Shown here: in pieces, positions 12,901 through 25,627 of the stretch
Layout of the letters: every line of letters begins with the position of its first letter
Position numbering within the stretch: position 1 is the first letter of the stretch
Assembly (NCBI GenBank): GCA_030704615.1
Contig: CM060733.1
Location: 11,904,001-11,968,000 of the forward strand
Length of the DNA: 64,000 bases
From: Takakia lepidozioides
Lineage: Eukaryota > Plantae > Bryophyta
Reading direction: 5' to 3'
The notes under the pieces: generated by a model
What the model was told of the DNA's origin: nothing
Seen by the model: only the letters and a program-made list of their open reading frames with translations
Databases searched by the model: none
Program-made: the position numbers and the translations under genes

Positions 12901-14069
12901 GAAGTGATATTGTGTGTAAGCTGCAAAAGAATTTGTATGGACTCAAACAAAGTCCTCGAGCTTGGTATGCTAGGATCGATGCTTACCTCTTAAAGACAAG
13001 ATTTGAGCGAAGCATTGCTGACACAAACATCTATGTGAAAAAGATGGGAGAGCGATTTGTGGTCATAGCTCTATATGTGGATGACACAATCATTGTCACC
13101 AACGATCATCAAAGATTGTTGCCAGAAACCAAAGCAGTGTTGAGTGCTGAGTTTGCCATGACTGACATGGGTGAGATTCGGTTCTGCCTTGGTATTCAAA
13201 TCAGCAGAGATCGAGTGAACCATACAGTATACATGCATCAACGACAATACATTGAGACAATTCTACAAAGGTTTAAGTTGGAGATGAGTAAGCCAACATC
13301 AACTCCTCTCGAAGTTGGTTTGAAACTTACGAAGGATATGGCACCTAAGACTCAAGAAGAGCAAGAAGATATGAGGAAAACTTCTTATCAAACCGTAGTC
13401 GGCAGTTTGATGTATTGCATGGTTTGTACTAGGCCAGACATTGCACATTCAGTGGGAGTGGTCTCACAATTTCTTTCAAATCCCGGACAAACCCATTGGA
13501 AAGCAGTGAAGAGGATATTTCGATATCTAAGAGGAACATTAACCTCTGGTCTACTCTACAAGAGAGTGGAAGATCCAAGTTTGTTGGGGTTTGTTGATGC
13601 TGACTGGGCAGGAGACGTTGATAGTAGAAAATCAACTTCGAGCCATTGTTTTCTCCTAGCAGGTGGAGCTGTATCTTGGTCTAGCAAACGACAAGTTGCA
13701 ACAGCGTTGTCATCAACAGAAGCTGAGTACATGTCCATTACACAAGCAGCAAAGGAGGCTATTTGGTTACGGAAGTTGCTTGGAGATTTGGATCATCTTC
13801 AATCACTACCTACGACTCTCTATTATGACAATCAAAGTGCGATTGCACTAAGTCAGAATCCAAAGTATCATTCAAGGACGAAGCACATTGAAGTGCAACA
13901 TCACTACATACGGGAAGTTGTATACAAGGGAGAGATCAAGATGATCTATTGTGCTACAGGAAATATGGTTGCGGATGTTTTGACGAACAGTCTACCACAA
14001 ACAAAACACATGAAGTGTTCAGCCTTACTTGGTGTCTCTTCTCCAAAAACAAACGAAGTAGCTAAATGA
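9984..14069 (+). pseudogene. Copia gag-pol polyprotein, disrupted in its 5' third; the INT-RT-RH part (11427-14069) is open
   Basis: Frameshifts near 10305, 11143 and 11435, and in-frame stops near 11315 (TAG before LWHRRLGH) and 11375 (TGA). The 880-aa downstream ORF is intact. Confidence 0.9.
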
Positions 14070-15128
14070 TATGGTTTAATTGAGTGGGAGTGTTGGAAGT
14101 AATTAAACATATCTAGAAGACTAAGAGTCTTGAAGGCCAAAGGCTTAGAAGTCTAAGAGACTATCTTGTTTAACTCACCTTTGGAAGGTGAATGGCTAGA
14201 AGGTGGATGGTCACCATAGTGGAAGTGGAAGTGACCAAGTAGGACTTTCTAGAGACCTTCTTGTACAAGCTCGGGGGTGAAGCCACTAGTCTAAGTGTAA
14301 GAGTATGATGGTGGCTTCTATGGTTGGGATGAGAGCTTTAGTTTTAGCTTTAGTCTAAGACTTTAGTTCTTGTTCATGTTCTTGCTCAATTCTAACATCA
14401 ACACCAAGGCTAAATGACAAGTGCTTTCAAATAATCTTAGGATATATCAAACATTTGAACATCATGTGCTAGTAAGCATAATAGATCTCACATACAAACC
14501 TGGAATAAAGACAAAGGCCCCCCAGCTCCTGGCGTATTCCTCCCTACATAGTGATACCATCCCAAGCAAATCCATAATTCATAGCAAGTACAAGGTTTAC
14601 AGAGGCAATGTGAATGAGCACGCTCTACTCACTCCCTCCTGTAATGAGATGGAACTACAACCAATCAGCAATGTCTCTCGCTCCGAATATACCCCCAAGC
14701 CTTTCCAGAGCCTCTGTCCCCTAAACTCTTTAAATATATATATCCATGGAAATGGACAGTATAGAAAACTAGCTAACTTACTTGGCCAAAAAACTGGGCG
14801 ATTTAGTAGAGGAAAAAAACAACCCGGGATTTTTTATGATTTTCTTATATATATGGAAATTCCTAACATATAGGTCAGATGTTTTTGGTTATTTTTGGGG
14901 TTCATCAGATAACCCTTTTCAATAGAGATATGTCTGTTGGCGTGAGTCAAGATGGGCAACACACTACATAACTAGTTTTCTTTGATTTTGACGATGACCG
15001 TGAGCACCACTTCAAATCAAGGCAAACCTAGCCTTAGGTCTGATTCATAGAGCAAATCAACAACAATTTGTTGAAGAATATGGCCAATATCAATTTCCGC
15101 TGCAGCTGAGAAAACACAAGAAATTGAT

Positions 15129-18100
15129 GTGCCAGAAGAACTTATCACTATGAAGGCTGGAGATCTAGCTCAGGTCATTCGTGAGGCAGTAGCTAGTGGA
15201 GTGAAAGAGGGCATAGCTGCTGTTGGCAGTAGACCTACAGCAAATCCAACTCCACCGGCGGTGCCACCTGACCAGCAAGCGGTAGACCAACCAGTGGTAG
15301 ACCAACCAGTAAGTGCTTCCCATAATGATTTGCATGCAAGAACTAGGACAAAAAGAAAAGAGGCTAGCGGTGGTTCTGCCTCTAGTGCATCCTCACAGGA
15401 TAGCCGCTCTATGATGACAAGGGATTCTAAGAGAAGAACGGTTGACAAGAAAATTAGGAAGATGACGCATCTTCATGAATTCCATGGTCGCCCAAATGCG
15501 CCTTGCCCTAAGGTGCTGTCTTTTTTGGAGACTCTGGAAGAGTTCTTCAGTGAGGACTATACAGATGCAGATAAGATCCGCACAGCCTCATTACAAATGA
15601 GAGGCAAATCTAAAGAATGGTGGATTAGAATGAAAGAGAAGCCGGGTCTGGAAGGGAGAGTGGATCCAATTACCACATGGGCTAAGTTCAAGTGGGTCTT
15701 TAAAGAACAGTACCTGCCAGAGGATTATGCGCACAAGATGAAGATGGGTTTGATGGAACTTGGCCAGGGAAGAATGAGTGTGGCAGACTACAAGGTGAAG
15801 TTTGACTAACACGCTTCATACTTCTATTCCTTGAAGGAGTCTGACAGGGTGGATTTGTTCCTGACTGGGCTAGTCAAAGCAATCAGATTTTTGGTTCAGG
15901 CATATGAGCCGAAGACAGAGGCTGATGCATATAGACTAGCTATCAATTTCGAGAGCCAGCACAAGGCACATCTGGGCGCAAGTGTACCTACTGATAGGGA
16001 TTTCAAGCCGAAGTCATTCCCTTCTTGTGGAGGTCAGAAAAGAAAAAACTGGAAAAGGTTCAATAAGAAGACAACAAGGACTGAGCCTCGGGGTAATCAG
16101 AATTTTGGGGCTCCAGCAACCAAACGTCTATCAGAGAAGGAACAAGAAGAACACCGACGATTGGGTCAGTGTTTCATCTGTCATGAAAAAGGCCATCGGG
16201 CGTTTGAATGTTCCAAACGCGTACACGTGCAGCTGCAGCTATGATTGTGCAAGAGGTTGAGGATAAGATGGATGTGGATGCACCTGGGACGAGCAAAGGT
16301 AAACAGCTGAGGATCTTAGTGGCTGTGATGGGTGAGGAGATAGACTATAATTTCACAATCATACGATTGAATGGTCAGGTGGGAAGAGAGACCACGACTA
16401 TTTTGATTGACCCAAGAAGTAGCCATAACTTCTTGTCTCAAAATTTTGCAAACAAGTGCAAGCTGCAGTTAATGGAGGTTGGCGCCAACACCATTCTGTT
16501 GCCTAATGGAGATACAGGATCTAGCAATAGTATGAGCTTGGATCAATGCAGGGACACTCAAGTGGCATGCCGAGATTGCTCAGTGGAGGGGGTGTTGCCT
16601 GGTGGTAAACGATTCAAGCTTACATGTACAAGAGCCCTACCCAATGTTCCCTTGTTGTCAGCCCTTCAAATGAAGCGATGCATACAGAAAACAGCCGATC
16701 AGCTGTTCTTCGTAAGCATTCATGAGAAGGCATTGAAGTGGAGTTGAACAACCTCAATAGAGCAGATAAGGTCCTGTCTGAATATTCAGATGTGTTTCCC
16801 AGTGATCTGCTTGGACTACCTCCTGAAAGGGATGTAGATCATGCCATTGAGTTGGTTCCTGAAGCAGTTCATGTCTCTAGGATTCCTTATAGGCATTCTT
16901 TGATGGAGAATGAAGAATTGGAGAGACAGCTGGCTGATTTGCTGGAGAAAGGTTATATCAAGCCTAGCAAGTCTCCCTGGGGAGCACCAGTGTTGTTCAA
17001 GAAAAAGAAAGACGGGACTTTAAGGTTGTGTGCAGACTACAGATGGCTGAATAAGCTAACTGTAAAGAACAAGTTTCCACTTCCTAGGATAGATGACTTA
17101 TTTGATTACTTGCATGTGCGCAAGTATTTTCAAAGATAGACCTACAAAGTGGATACCATCAGATCCGTGTTAAAGACTTGGACACGTTTAAGACGGCCTT
17201 CAGAACTAGATTTGGCCACTATGAATATACTGTGATGTCTTTTGGACTCACAAATGCACCAGCCACTTTCATGTGCTTAATGAATACCTTATTCAGAAAG
17301 TATTTGGGGAAATTTGTGTTAGTCTTCATGGATGACATTTTAATCTATTCGAAGTCTGAAGAAGAACACGTGGAACACTTGAAAAGTGCCAAGATATGTT
17401 TTCTGAAAGCCAGGATGACCTGCAATGGGTATGTTATGACAGTCGTACATAATCTTTAGTCTAAAGTCTGCAACCTGAGGAATGCATAGACGCCCATTGT
17501 AGTACAACAACCCATCCTTCAACAGATAAGCAAGATACTTGCCAATTTCCTCAGAAGTCTTAACCCCACGAAACAGGCTTTCAAAAGGGCCAGTAAAATA
17601 TGCGTCTCTAGCATACTGACCTCTTATCTATCACAGTGCTTCTTATCATTGAAATAGTTGTTGTCCACCTTCTTCTGGACAACGCATCTGCCACCACGTT
17701 CTCTTTCCCCTTCACATAATGCAATTCAAAGAAGAACTGCTGGAGGAATTCTACCCAACGACATTGTCTGCGACTGAGGTTGGGTTGTGTGGCCAGATAC
17801 TTCAAGCTTTCATGGTCTGTCTCAATCTTAAATTCCCTTCCCGGCAGATAATGCCGCCAAACCTTTAAGGCATGTATGATGGCTACCAATTTTTTTTCAT
17901 GCACTGGGTTCAGCTCTGTTGGGCTTAGTTTTCTCGACTCATAAGCTATTACCTGTCCGTGTTGCATTAATACAACTCTTATGGCCAGGTCACTCGCATC
18001 TGTGCAAAGTACTAGACCACCTGTCTTGTAATCCATTAACTTCAAGACAGGAGCATGTGTCAACATATCTTTAAGCTTTTCAAAGCTTTCATTACAATCA

Positions 18101-19090
18101 TCGGTCCAGGTAATCGCTCCTAAGCCTTTCAACAGGCTAGTGAGAGGGGCTGCAATCTTGGAAAATGCCTTTATAAATCTTCTATAAAAGCTTGCAAGTC
18201 CTAAGAATGCTCTCACATCAGTTCTATTTTTCGGGATATGCCATTCTGCCACTGTCTTTACCTTCTTGGGATCAACTAAGATGTCATTCTTTGACACTAT
18301 GTGACCCAAGTATTCCATTTGGGAGACAAAAAACTCACACTTGCTTTTCTTAGCATAGAGTTTATTTTCTCTTAAGATCTCGCCAGGAAACAATTTTTCT
18401 GGCCTGGGATGAAGAAGAACATACGAGATTATGTTGAAAGGTGTTACCCTTGTCAGGTAACCAAGACAGAACAGATCAAAACTCCTGGACTTTTGCAATA
18501 TCTGAATGTGCCTAGGGCAAAGTGGGAATCTATAAGTATGGATTTCATTGGCTCATTGCCTAAGACCAGAAATGGACATGATGCCATCTTTGTGGTGGTT
18601 GATCTCTTGTCAAAGTAGGTGCATTTCATACCCACAAAGATGAGTGCTACTGCCACAGACACAACTAATCTCTTTGTAAAAGAAATATACAGACTGCATG
18701 GATTGCCAAGAGAAATTGTGTCTGACAGAGATTCAAAGTTTACAAGTGGATTTTGGACTGCTTTGTTCAAAGCTCTGAATACCAGATTGTGTTTTAGCAG
18801 TGCTTACCATCCAGAATTTGATGCTCAGACAGAGAGGACAAATAGAACCTTAGAAGACATGCTCCGAATGTATGTGGGGCAAAGGCAAAGCTCTTGGGAG
18901 CAATATTTGTATTTTTGTAATAAGAACATGCATACAGCTATTGGGGTAAGCCCATTTGAAGATGTCTATGGGCAAGATTGCTTGACACCAGCATCTTGGC
19001 ATGTTTCAAATACTAAGGTTGAAAGTGTCAATTAGATGATAGCAAGGATGCAACAAAAGATGGACTTGATGAAGGATAGCATGAAGAGAG
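15129..19090 (+). mobile_element. Degenerate Ty3/gypsy chromovirus (Tekay-like), gag-PR-RT-RH-INT, with an internal inversion at ~17387-18381
   Basis: Gag CFICHEKGHRAFEC; PR ILIDPRSSHNFL; [25 protein letters not shown] and [10 protein letters not shown]; RH LCTDASD...TDHESLKY on the minus strand; INT WESISMDFI...IVSDRDSKF...QTERTNRTLEDMLR. Many stops and frameshifts. No 5' LTR was identified. Confidence 0.9.
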
Positions 19091-19462
19091 TTTTTTTTTA
19101 TTATCCATGAGACATAAAGTACATAAAGTACCAGTATGAAGGCAAAAAAAATCGCATAGGATTGAACCATAGACCCAGGATCAACAAAGATCTCAAATTA
19201 CGATTAGGTCAAAGCCCCAATATGCTCAAATTTAAAATTCTTATACATCAAGCTTTTGCACGCAAGTAATATTTGAATTAAATGAATTTTGAGAAGTTCC
19301 ATTGTAAGACATGTAATACATAGACAACTTAACTCCGTTTAGAAATCTCCGGTGGAGCTGTAGAAATTGCAAAAGGCCAGGGAACTGTGGGAATTCGCAG
19401 GGAACACGTAGGGTACGACCAAAATATTATTCATCCATTTGGAAAAATAAAATATACTTGAT
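19091..19462 (-). mobile_element. Probable L1-type LINE 3' end with poly(A) tail inserted into the gypsy integrase
   Basis: The minus strand ends ...tactttatgtctcatggataataaaaaaaaa. It interrupts the integrase between ...MKDSMKR and ...QANAYADQKR. Confidence 0.5.
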
Positions 19463-19537
19463 CACTTTAAAAAATACTTGAACTCCGATCTCAAATTCAC
19501 TAAAAGACCTTTTTTGATCAGCATAGGCATTTGCCTG
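19463..19537 (-). mobile_element. Displaced, inverted fragment of the Tekay-like integrase
   Basis: Minus-strand QANAYADQKRSFSEFEIGVQVFFKV, the conserved YAD..R...F..GD.V.LKV motif that follows the integrase core. Confidence 0.75.
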
Positions 19538-22500
19538 GAGTACTGGGAACTGGAAACAAGAGTAGCTTGAACTGGTGTTGGCGAGACTGAAGAGTGTCCA
19601 GTCTCGCCTCCTATATATACTAAGAAGCTTCCCTAAGAAGCCTCCCCTATGGAGTGAAGAAGTTTCCAAGATTAAACAAAGGTTTCTTGACGGAGAAGCT
19701 TCCTTAAACAAAGGAGGTATCTTGATGGAGAACTTTCCTCAAAAGGAAGCTTCCTGAGCAGTTTCTCAAGTTACTCTTGGTAATTTGATAAACTTCCGGT
19801 AACTTGGTAAGTAATGATAAATCATGGTAGATCATGATAAATCACGGTAAATCATGGCAACTTCCGATAACTTGGTAACTTCTGGTATTTACTCTTGGTA
19901 AGTTCCTCTGGGTTATATCCGTGACATCACCCCTCCTCCAGCGCCGAGTTCCTCGAGGAGCGGTAAAATCTTGGACTTGCTTAGAGTTGGAGAAAATCCA
20001 AAATCCGGCGAATGGTACTTGCCAAGTATTCGGCTCTTCGTTCTTGACTCAAATGATTTATAGGTCCCTGCAACCATCGATAGTGTCCAACACCTTGAAC
20101 TTGGGACCACGCAGTGATTTGAGCATTCTGATTTTCGAAGCTGCCTTCAAATATGATTTCGTTGTCCTCTGGGTCCGAAGCCTAAACCTCCAATAGAATT
20201 ATCAGACTTCGAGTAGGCTCCACTTGCCGTCGTACGGGGTCCAGACAATGAAGTACGCGTCGCATTGGTGGCCCATCATCTCGAGAGCGTCGGCGTGATG
20301 TTGAAGGTCGTAAGAGTCGGAACGACTGATCTGGTAGCTGGGTAAGCGACAACTCCAATGTATCTTATTCTTATGACTCCATATTGCCAACACAAGATAC
20401 AAGAGTGCTGGAAGTGTTGGAAGTGTAGCTATATATACTGATGTGTGGTGTTCCTTCCTCCTTAGCGTATATCAAGTACATTGAATATGGAGTCTTCACC
20501 TTGAAGCTAACTTGGCTGACATCATCGTTGTGACGTCTTATTGACGTGTAGCTCGGGGCTTAGCTGGATATCGTTGATGAAACTTTTGGACTTTGTCAGA
20601 TGCATTGGCGAGGTTGGATGAAGGTTCCCACGTTCGTTCGCTGATGTCGTAGCCTTTCCAATGTACGAAATACTCAAGACGTTTATACTTGATGCGAGAG
20701 TCTAGGACTTCGTCGACTTCATACTTAATTTCCTGATTGACTTCGATTGGTGGAGGTGGTATGGAGACTCCCCCTGGAATATTCGATGGATGATACAACT
20801 CCAATAATGAAACATGAAAGACTGGATGGATGCGCATACTTCGTGGGAGTTCAAGCCGAAAACTGACCGGATTTATTTGTTGAATAATTTTGAATGGTAC
20901 CAGGCGTTGATAATCCAACTTCCTTGATGGTCGCGAGGTTTGTATGTCCCGTCGAAGAAGCCACACACGGTCTCCGACCTTGAACTGGGGTTAGAGTTGA
21001 CGACGTTGATTTGTGTACTCCTTGTATTGTTTTTGAGCTTCTGCGAGGTGGAATGTAAGCTCCTTGTGAATCGTAGCGAGATGAGTAGTAAGGTTTTCTG
21101 CAGCAGGGCTTCCAACAGTCGTCATGTGGAAAAGGTTTGCTCGAGAATGATGACCATAATTAGAGAAAAATGAAGTTTGCTTAGTCGAAGAATGTATAGT
21201 GTTGTTGTAGGCAAACTTAGCCAATGACAGAAGGTCCGTCCAATTATCTTGGTGATAATTTATCGTACAGCGAAGATACTGCTCCAAAATCTGGTTTACA
21301 CGTTCGGTTTGACCATCAGTCTGTGGATGATTAGTTGTAGAGAGGTTGATCTTAATATCCAATATGTGAAATAATCCCCTCCAAAAATTTGATATGAACT
21401 GTGGTCCTCGATCAGATACGATATCCTTCGGGAGTCCATGAATGCGGTAGATATTATTGAGGAAGAGTCTTGCAGTTTCTTCGCCGGTAACCGTTTTATT
21501 ACATGGAATGAAATATGTCATCTAAAACGATCTACAATAACAAAGATTGAATCGGTGGTCTTGGAAATTGGAAGGTCCATAATAAAGTCCATAGACACGG
21601 ACGACCATGGACCCTTGGGAATGGGTAATGGTTGAAGAATGCCGTAAGGTCGATGTCGTGGTCCCTTCGCTCTAGCACACGTGTCGCAAGATTTTATAAA
21701 TTCTTTCACGAGTTTCCACATCTGCAGCCACTAGTAGTCCCTGGATATCAATTCCATTGTTTTGTTGAAGCCGAAATGTCCTACAGCCGGAAGATCATGA
21801 CATGTTTGAAGAATTCGAAGTCGTGTAGGTCCTAGATGTACATAGAGAAGTCCCTTGAAATAAAGTAAGTCATCTTTGGATTCAAAGTCGTTTGTAACAT
21901 GTGGGTTGTCGAGGTCGATTTAGTTGACTCCGTAGTGTTTTAGCAAATTGGTCGCTCTTCAATGCTTCCCGAATCTCCTTTATAATCTCTACATCATCAC
22001 AGGTGGACATGGATAGCATATTCACTTGAAGATTTGCTGGTTTCAAGATGATGGATTTCTGTTGGTCAAAAGCTGCATCCCCTTCTTTTGGCGCAAGATA
22101 CGATCGTCGAGAAAGAGCATATGGTTTTCCTTGAAGATGTCCGAGACGGTATATAATAACAAAATCAAACCTTGCTAGTGACATATTCCATCTCGCTTGA
22201 CGTCGATTCAATACACGAGCACTCATAAAATACTCGAGGTTTTTGTGATCGGTATAGACTGTGATATGATGTTTAGCTCCCTCCAATAAATGACGCCGCT
22301 CCTCAAAACCATCAATAATCGCTAGAAGTTCTTTGTCATGGATTTCATAATTGATCTCCGTAGCGGAAAATTTGCGAGAACGAAAACCAAGAGGGTGAAG
22401 TCTGTCATCTGTACCGTATTGAGAGAGTACCGCGCCAAGTGCAAAGTCCGATGCATCTGCTTCCAAAAAGAATGGTTTAGATGGGTCTGCATGTACCAGT

Positions 22501-25500
22501 ATTGGAGCCGTTGTAAATGTCTGCTTCAGCCTTTCAAATGCTTGGTCAGCCTTTTCGTCTTATACAAATTTGTCCTTCCATGTGAGTCGTGTCAATAGTG
22601 CAGCAATTTTGGAATAATCCTTGATGAAGATTCTATAGAAATTTGCAAATCCTAGAAAACATTGTACATCTCGGACCGAACTTGGTTTAATCCACTCGAT
22701 GATGGTTTGTATTTTCTTCTGATCCATTTATCGTACATGGCGACCATGTTCTTCTTCATTCTGTGAAAATATCAAAATGTCGTTCAAATAGATGACTACA
22801 AAGTCATCTAAATTTTTTCGAAAGATGCAATTCATCGTGTGTTGAAAAATTGCTGGAGCATTTGTAAGACCGAAAGGCATAACACTGTATTCGAAATGTC
22901 CGTACCTTGTGCGAAAAGCAGTTTTCCATTCGTCTCCTTCTTTTATTCGTACAAAGTTGTAAGCTCATCTCAAATCGATCTTTGTGAAAAAATTTGCTCG
23001 TCCAAGTTGATCGAGGAGTCCGGAAATCAGCGGTAGTGGGTAACGATTTTTTATAGTGACTTTGTTGAGCCCACGATAGTCCACATACATGCGTAATGAT
23101 CCGTCCTTCTTCTTCACAAATAAAATAGGTGCTCCCGCGGGTGATTTCGAATGTCGAATGAAATTCATTGACAAATTTTTATCAATGTATTCGCGTAAAG
23201 CAGCCAGCTCTGTCTGAGATAAATTGTAGATCGGGCCGAATGGTGGTTGAGCTCCTTCTTGCAACTCAATTGCACAATCATAAGGTCGATGTTCTGGCAA
23301 CATGTCAGCATTTTTCTTCTCGAAGACATCCTTGAAATCTTGATATTGAGTGGGTAATGTCGAAATACCTTGGTTTGTTGTGGTTTTGATCGGAGTCGCA
23401 TAACATGCAAATATCGCGTCTTTCTTCGTAGCTCTCATGAAGGCTCTAGCTCCAAGAAACAAGGGTTGAACACCTTTGGTACTTTTGCATTTTTGTCTTG
23501 CCGAAATTTTTCATGATCGTCAGTCGATGTCAGGATTATGAAGTACAAACCAGGGAAGTCCAAGGATCATAGGATTTGCTGGAGACTGGATGACATTGAA
23601 AACAATCTGTGATGTTTGATTTTTAAGCTTCACTTCAAGGGGTCGAGTTTCATAGTCAATATTTCCTGATGCTAACGGTCGTCCATCGATGACTTCAACA
23701 GGGGCCGAGAATTTCTTTCTTACGAGCGTTAAATTGTGTTGCTTTGCAAAGTCTTTGTCAATAAAACACGCTGAAGCGTCTGAGTCCAAAAGTGCTTCTA
23801 CGGAGATATCTCAATTTTGCATCCTGATCTTTACTGGAACTGTGAAACAAGGTATATGGTCTGGAGGAACAAAGAGACATTTTTTTGGTGAGGAATTTGG
23901 GGTGTCCAGCCGCATGGTCCTTACTGTGACTGGACATCTTCGTTTTCCGACCTCATCGTATCGAACTCTTGAGTTGTGCCTTGAGCTTTGAATCTTCTCT
24001 TGTTGGGACAGTTTAATGCTATGTGATCATCTTCTCCGCAATAAAGGCATAATCCATTTGAGCGTCGTCTTTGTTTTTCATGTAGGGATAATGGCTTGAA
24101 TCGGACAGCATCAATCTGCATATGATCATTACCGGATGTCTGATGGATCGTTGTGTTTGGTGTCGTAATAGCAGCAGCATGGTGCGTCGTCGACCATCCA
24201 GATCGCATCTCTTGACGTCTTTCGAACAAACGATTATCGCATGCAATGACTTGGGTGATGAATTCGCTCAGTGTACTCACGTTTGGCATTGTCAGCAACA
24301 AATCATTTACATCCTCTTTTAGGCCACATCGAAATTGACTAATGAGACTCTTCTCATTCCAGTCGAGGTCGCACGCAAGTTGTCGAAATTCGGCAGAATA
24401 AACGGAAGCTGGACGTGCTCCTTGTCAAAGATTTTGCATCTTTGTCTCTGCAACTCTCTCTCTATCATCTCTCCAAACGTTGCAGTGAACTCGGACATGA
24501 ACGCTTCAAAATTGTATAGTAAATGCGAATTTTTCTCTAATAGCGGTGCAAATCAAGATAGAGCAGTGCCTAATAAAAGGGTGCCCACAAATTCCACTTG
24601 AATACCGTCATCAGGGTAGCGTTGTGGATATAGTCGAAGGAACAATCGTACTTGTTGAACAAAACCGCGAAATCTTGATCTCGTCCCATCAAATTTTTCG
24701 GGCATGCTGACCTTTGGTTCTCTTGTAATCTGTTGAAGATTTGGAAAAACCGTTGCATTAGGATTTGTTGTAATAGGGACTCGTAAGGTTGAAGATCCAT
24801 TGTTCGACTCCTTCAACTCTGAAATTTGTTGTTGCAAATTGTTGGGAACGTTGTCAAGATCTTGAAACTAATCAGCTTGTAGTTAGGTAGTCGAGGCACA
24901 AAGTTCTTGCATCTGGAGCTGAACACTCTGCAATGTGGCGACCATTTCCGCAAATGTGCCTTCCATCTTAACTAACTAAAGAACAAACTTTAGTCTCGCC
25001 AAACTGTCAAGGACGAGAACATGACTGAACACAAACAAGAGATCAGACTAGAGGTACAAGACTAGACAAGAAGTCAAGGTTGGTGTGGCCGTATGCACGA
25101 TGAGTAAATAAGAATCAAGACGATCTTTATAACAATGAATAAGAGTACAAAATATTGGAACATGACTTGAATACTGGAATGTTGGAAACTGGACTGGAGT
25201 AACAGATACTAGAAACTGGGCTAGAGTACTGGGAACTGGAAACAAGAGTAGCTTGAACTGGTGTTGGCGAGACTGAAGAGTGTCCAGTCTCGCCTCCTAT
25301 ATATACTGGCTACTAAGAAGCTTCCCTAAGAAGCTTCCCCTATGGAGGTTTCTTGCTGGAGAAATTTCCAAGATTAAACAAAGGTTTCTTGACGGAGAAG
25401 CTTCCTTAAACAAATGAGGTATCTTGATGGAGAAGTTTTGTGAAAGGAAGCTTCTTGAGCAGTTTCCCAAGTTACTCTTGGTAATTTGATAAACTCTCGG

Positions 25501-25627
25501 TGATAACTTGGTAAGTAATGATAAATCATGGTAAATCATGGTAAATCACGATAAATTATGGCAACTTCCGGTAACTTGGTAACTTCTGGTATTTACTCCT
25601 GATAAGTTCCTCTGGGCTATATCCGTG
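19538..25627 (-). mobile_element. Tcn1/Tf1-like Ty3/gypsy chromovirus, copy A. 5' LTR 25005-25627; 3' LTR broken, with only the U3-R half at 19538-19926
   Basis: PEG10-like gag EPKVSMPEKFDGTRSRFRGF with CLYCGEDDHIALNC; PR LDSDASACF; [20 protein letters not shown]; RH EADASDFALGAVL; INT; chromodomain YEVDEVLDSRIKYKRLEYFVHWKGYDISERTWEP. The PPT is at 19927-19940. Relative to copy B there is a ~115-bp RT deletion near 22730. Confidence 0.93.
19981..20382 (-). pseudogene. Extra post-pol ORF (133 codons) of Tcn1-like copy A, with 3 premature stops
   Basis: Colinear with, and the same 402-nt length as, 44458-44859. A TATATATA box lies upstream at ~20430-20437. Confidence 0.6.

Larger units (their letters stand above)
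9622..14397 (+). mobile_element. Full-length Ty1/copia LTR retrotransposon; 307-bp LTRs at 9622-9928 and 14091-14397; TSD TCAAC
   Basis: Both LTRs run TG...CA and differ at about 2 positions by eye. The 5-bp TSD tcaac is at 9617-9621 and 14398-14402. Domains: gag CCHC (CFYCKKLGHMIKDC), protease WYVDSGASQHM, integrase HSDVCGP/RSDNGGEY/PEQNGVAER, RT LYVDD, RNase H DADWAGD...EAEY...DNQSAI, in copia order. Confidence 0.98.

Noticed and set aside
14700-15000. AT-rich tract resembling 33960-34120 and 37930-38000 (possible DNA-transposon relics)
   Set aside because: Similarity is too patchy by eye, and no TIR or TSD could be defined.
19921-20196. Antisense ORF in the post-pol region, also present in copy B (44644-44853)
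   Set aside because: It starts at GTG/TTG, and its similarity is explained by overall element identity. The sense frame with ATG and TATA is the better candidate, though this one cannot be formally excluded.
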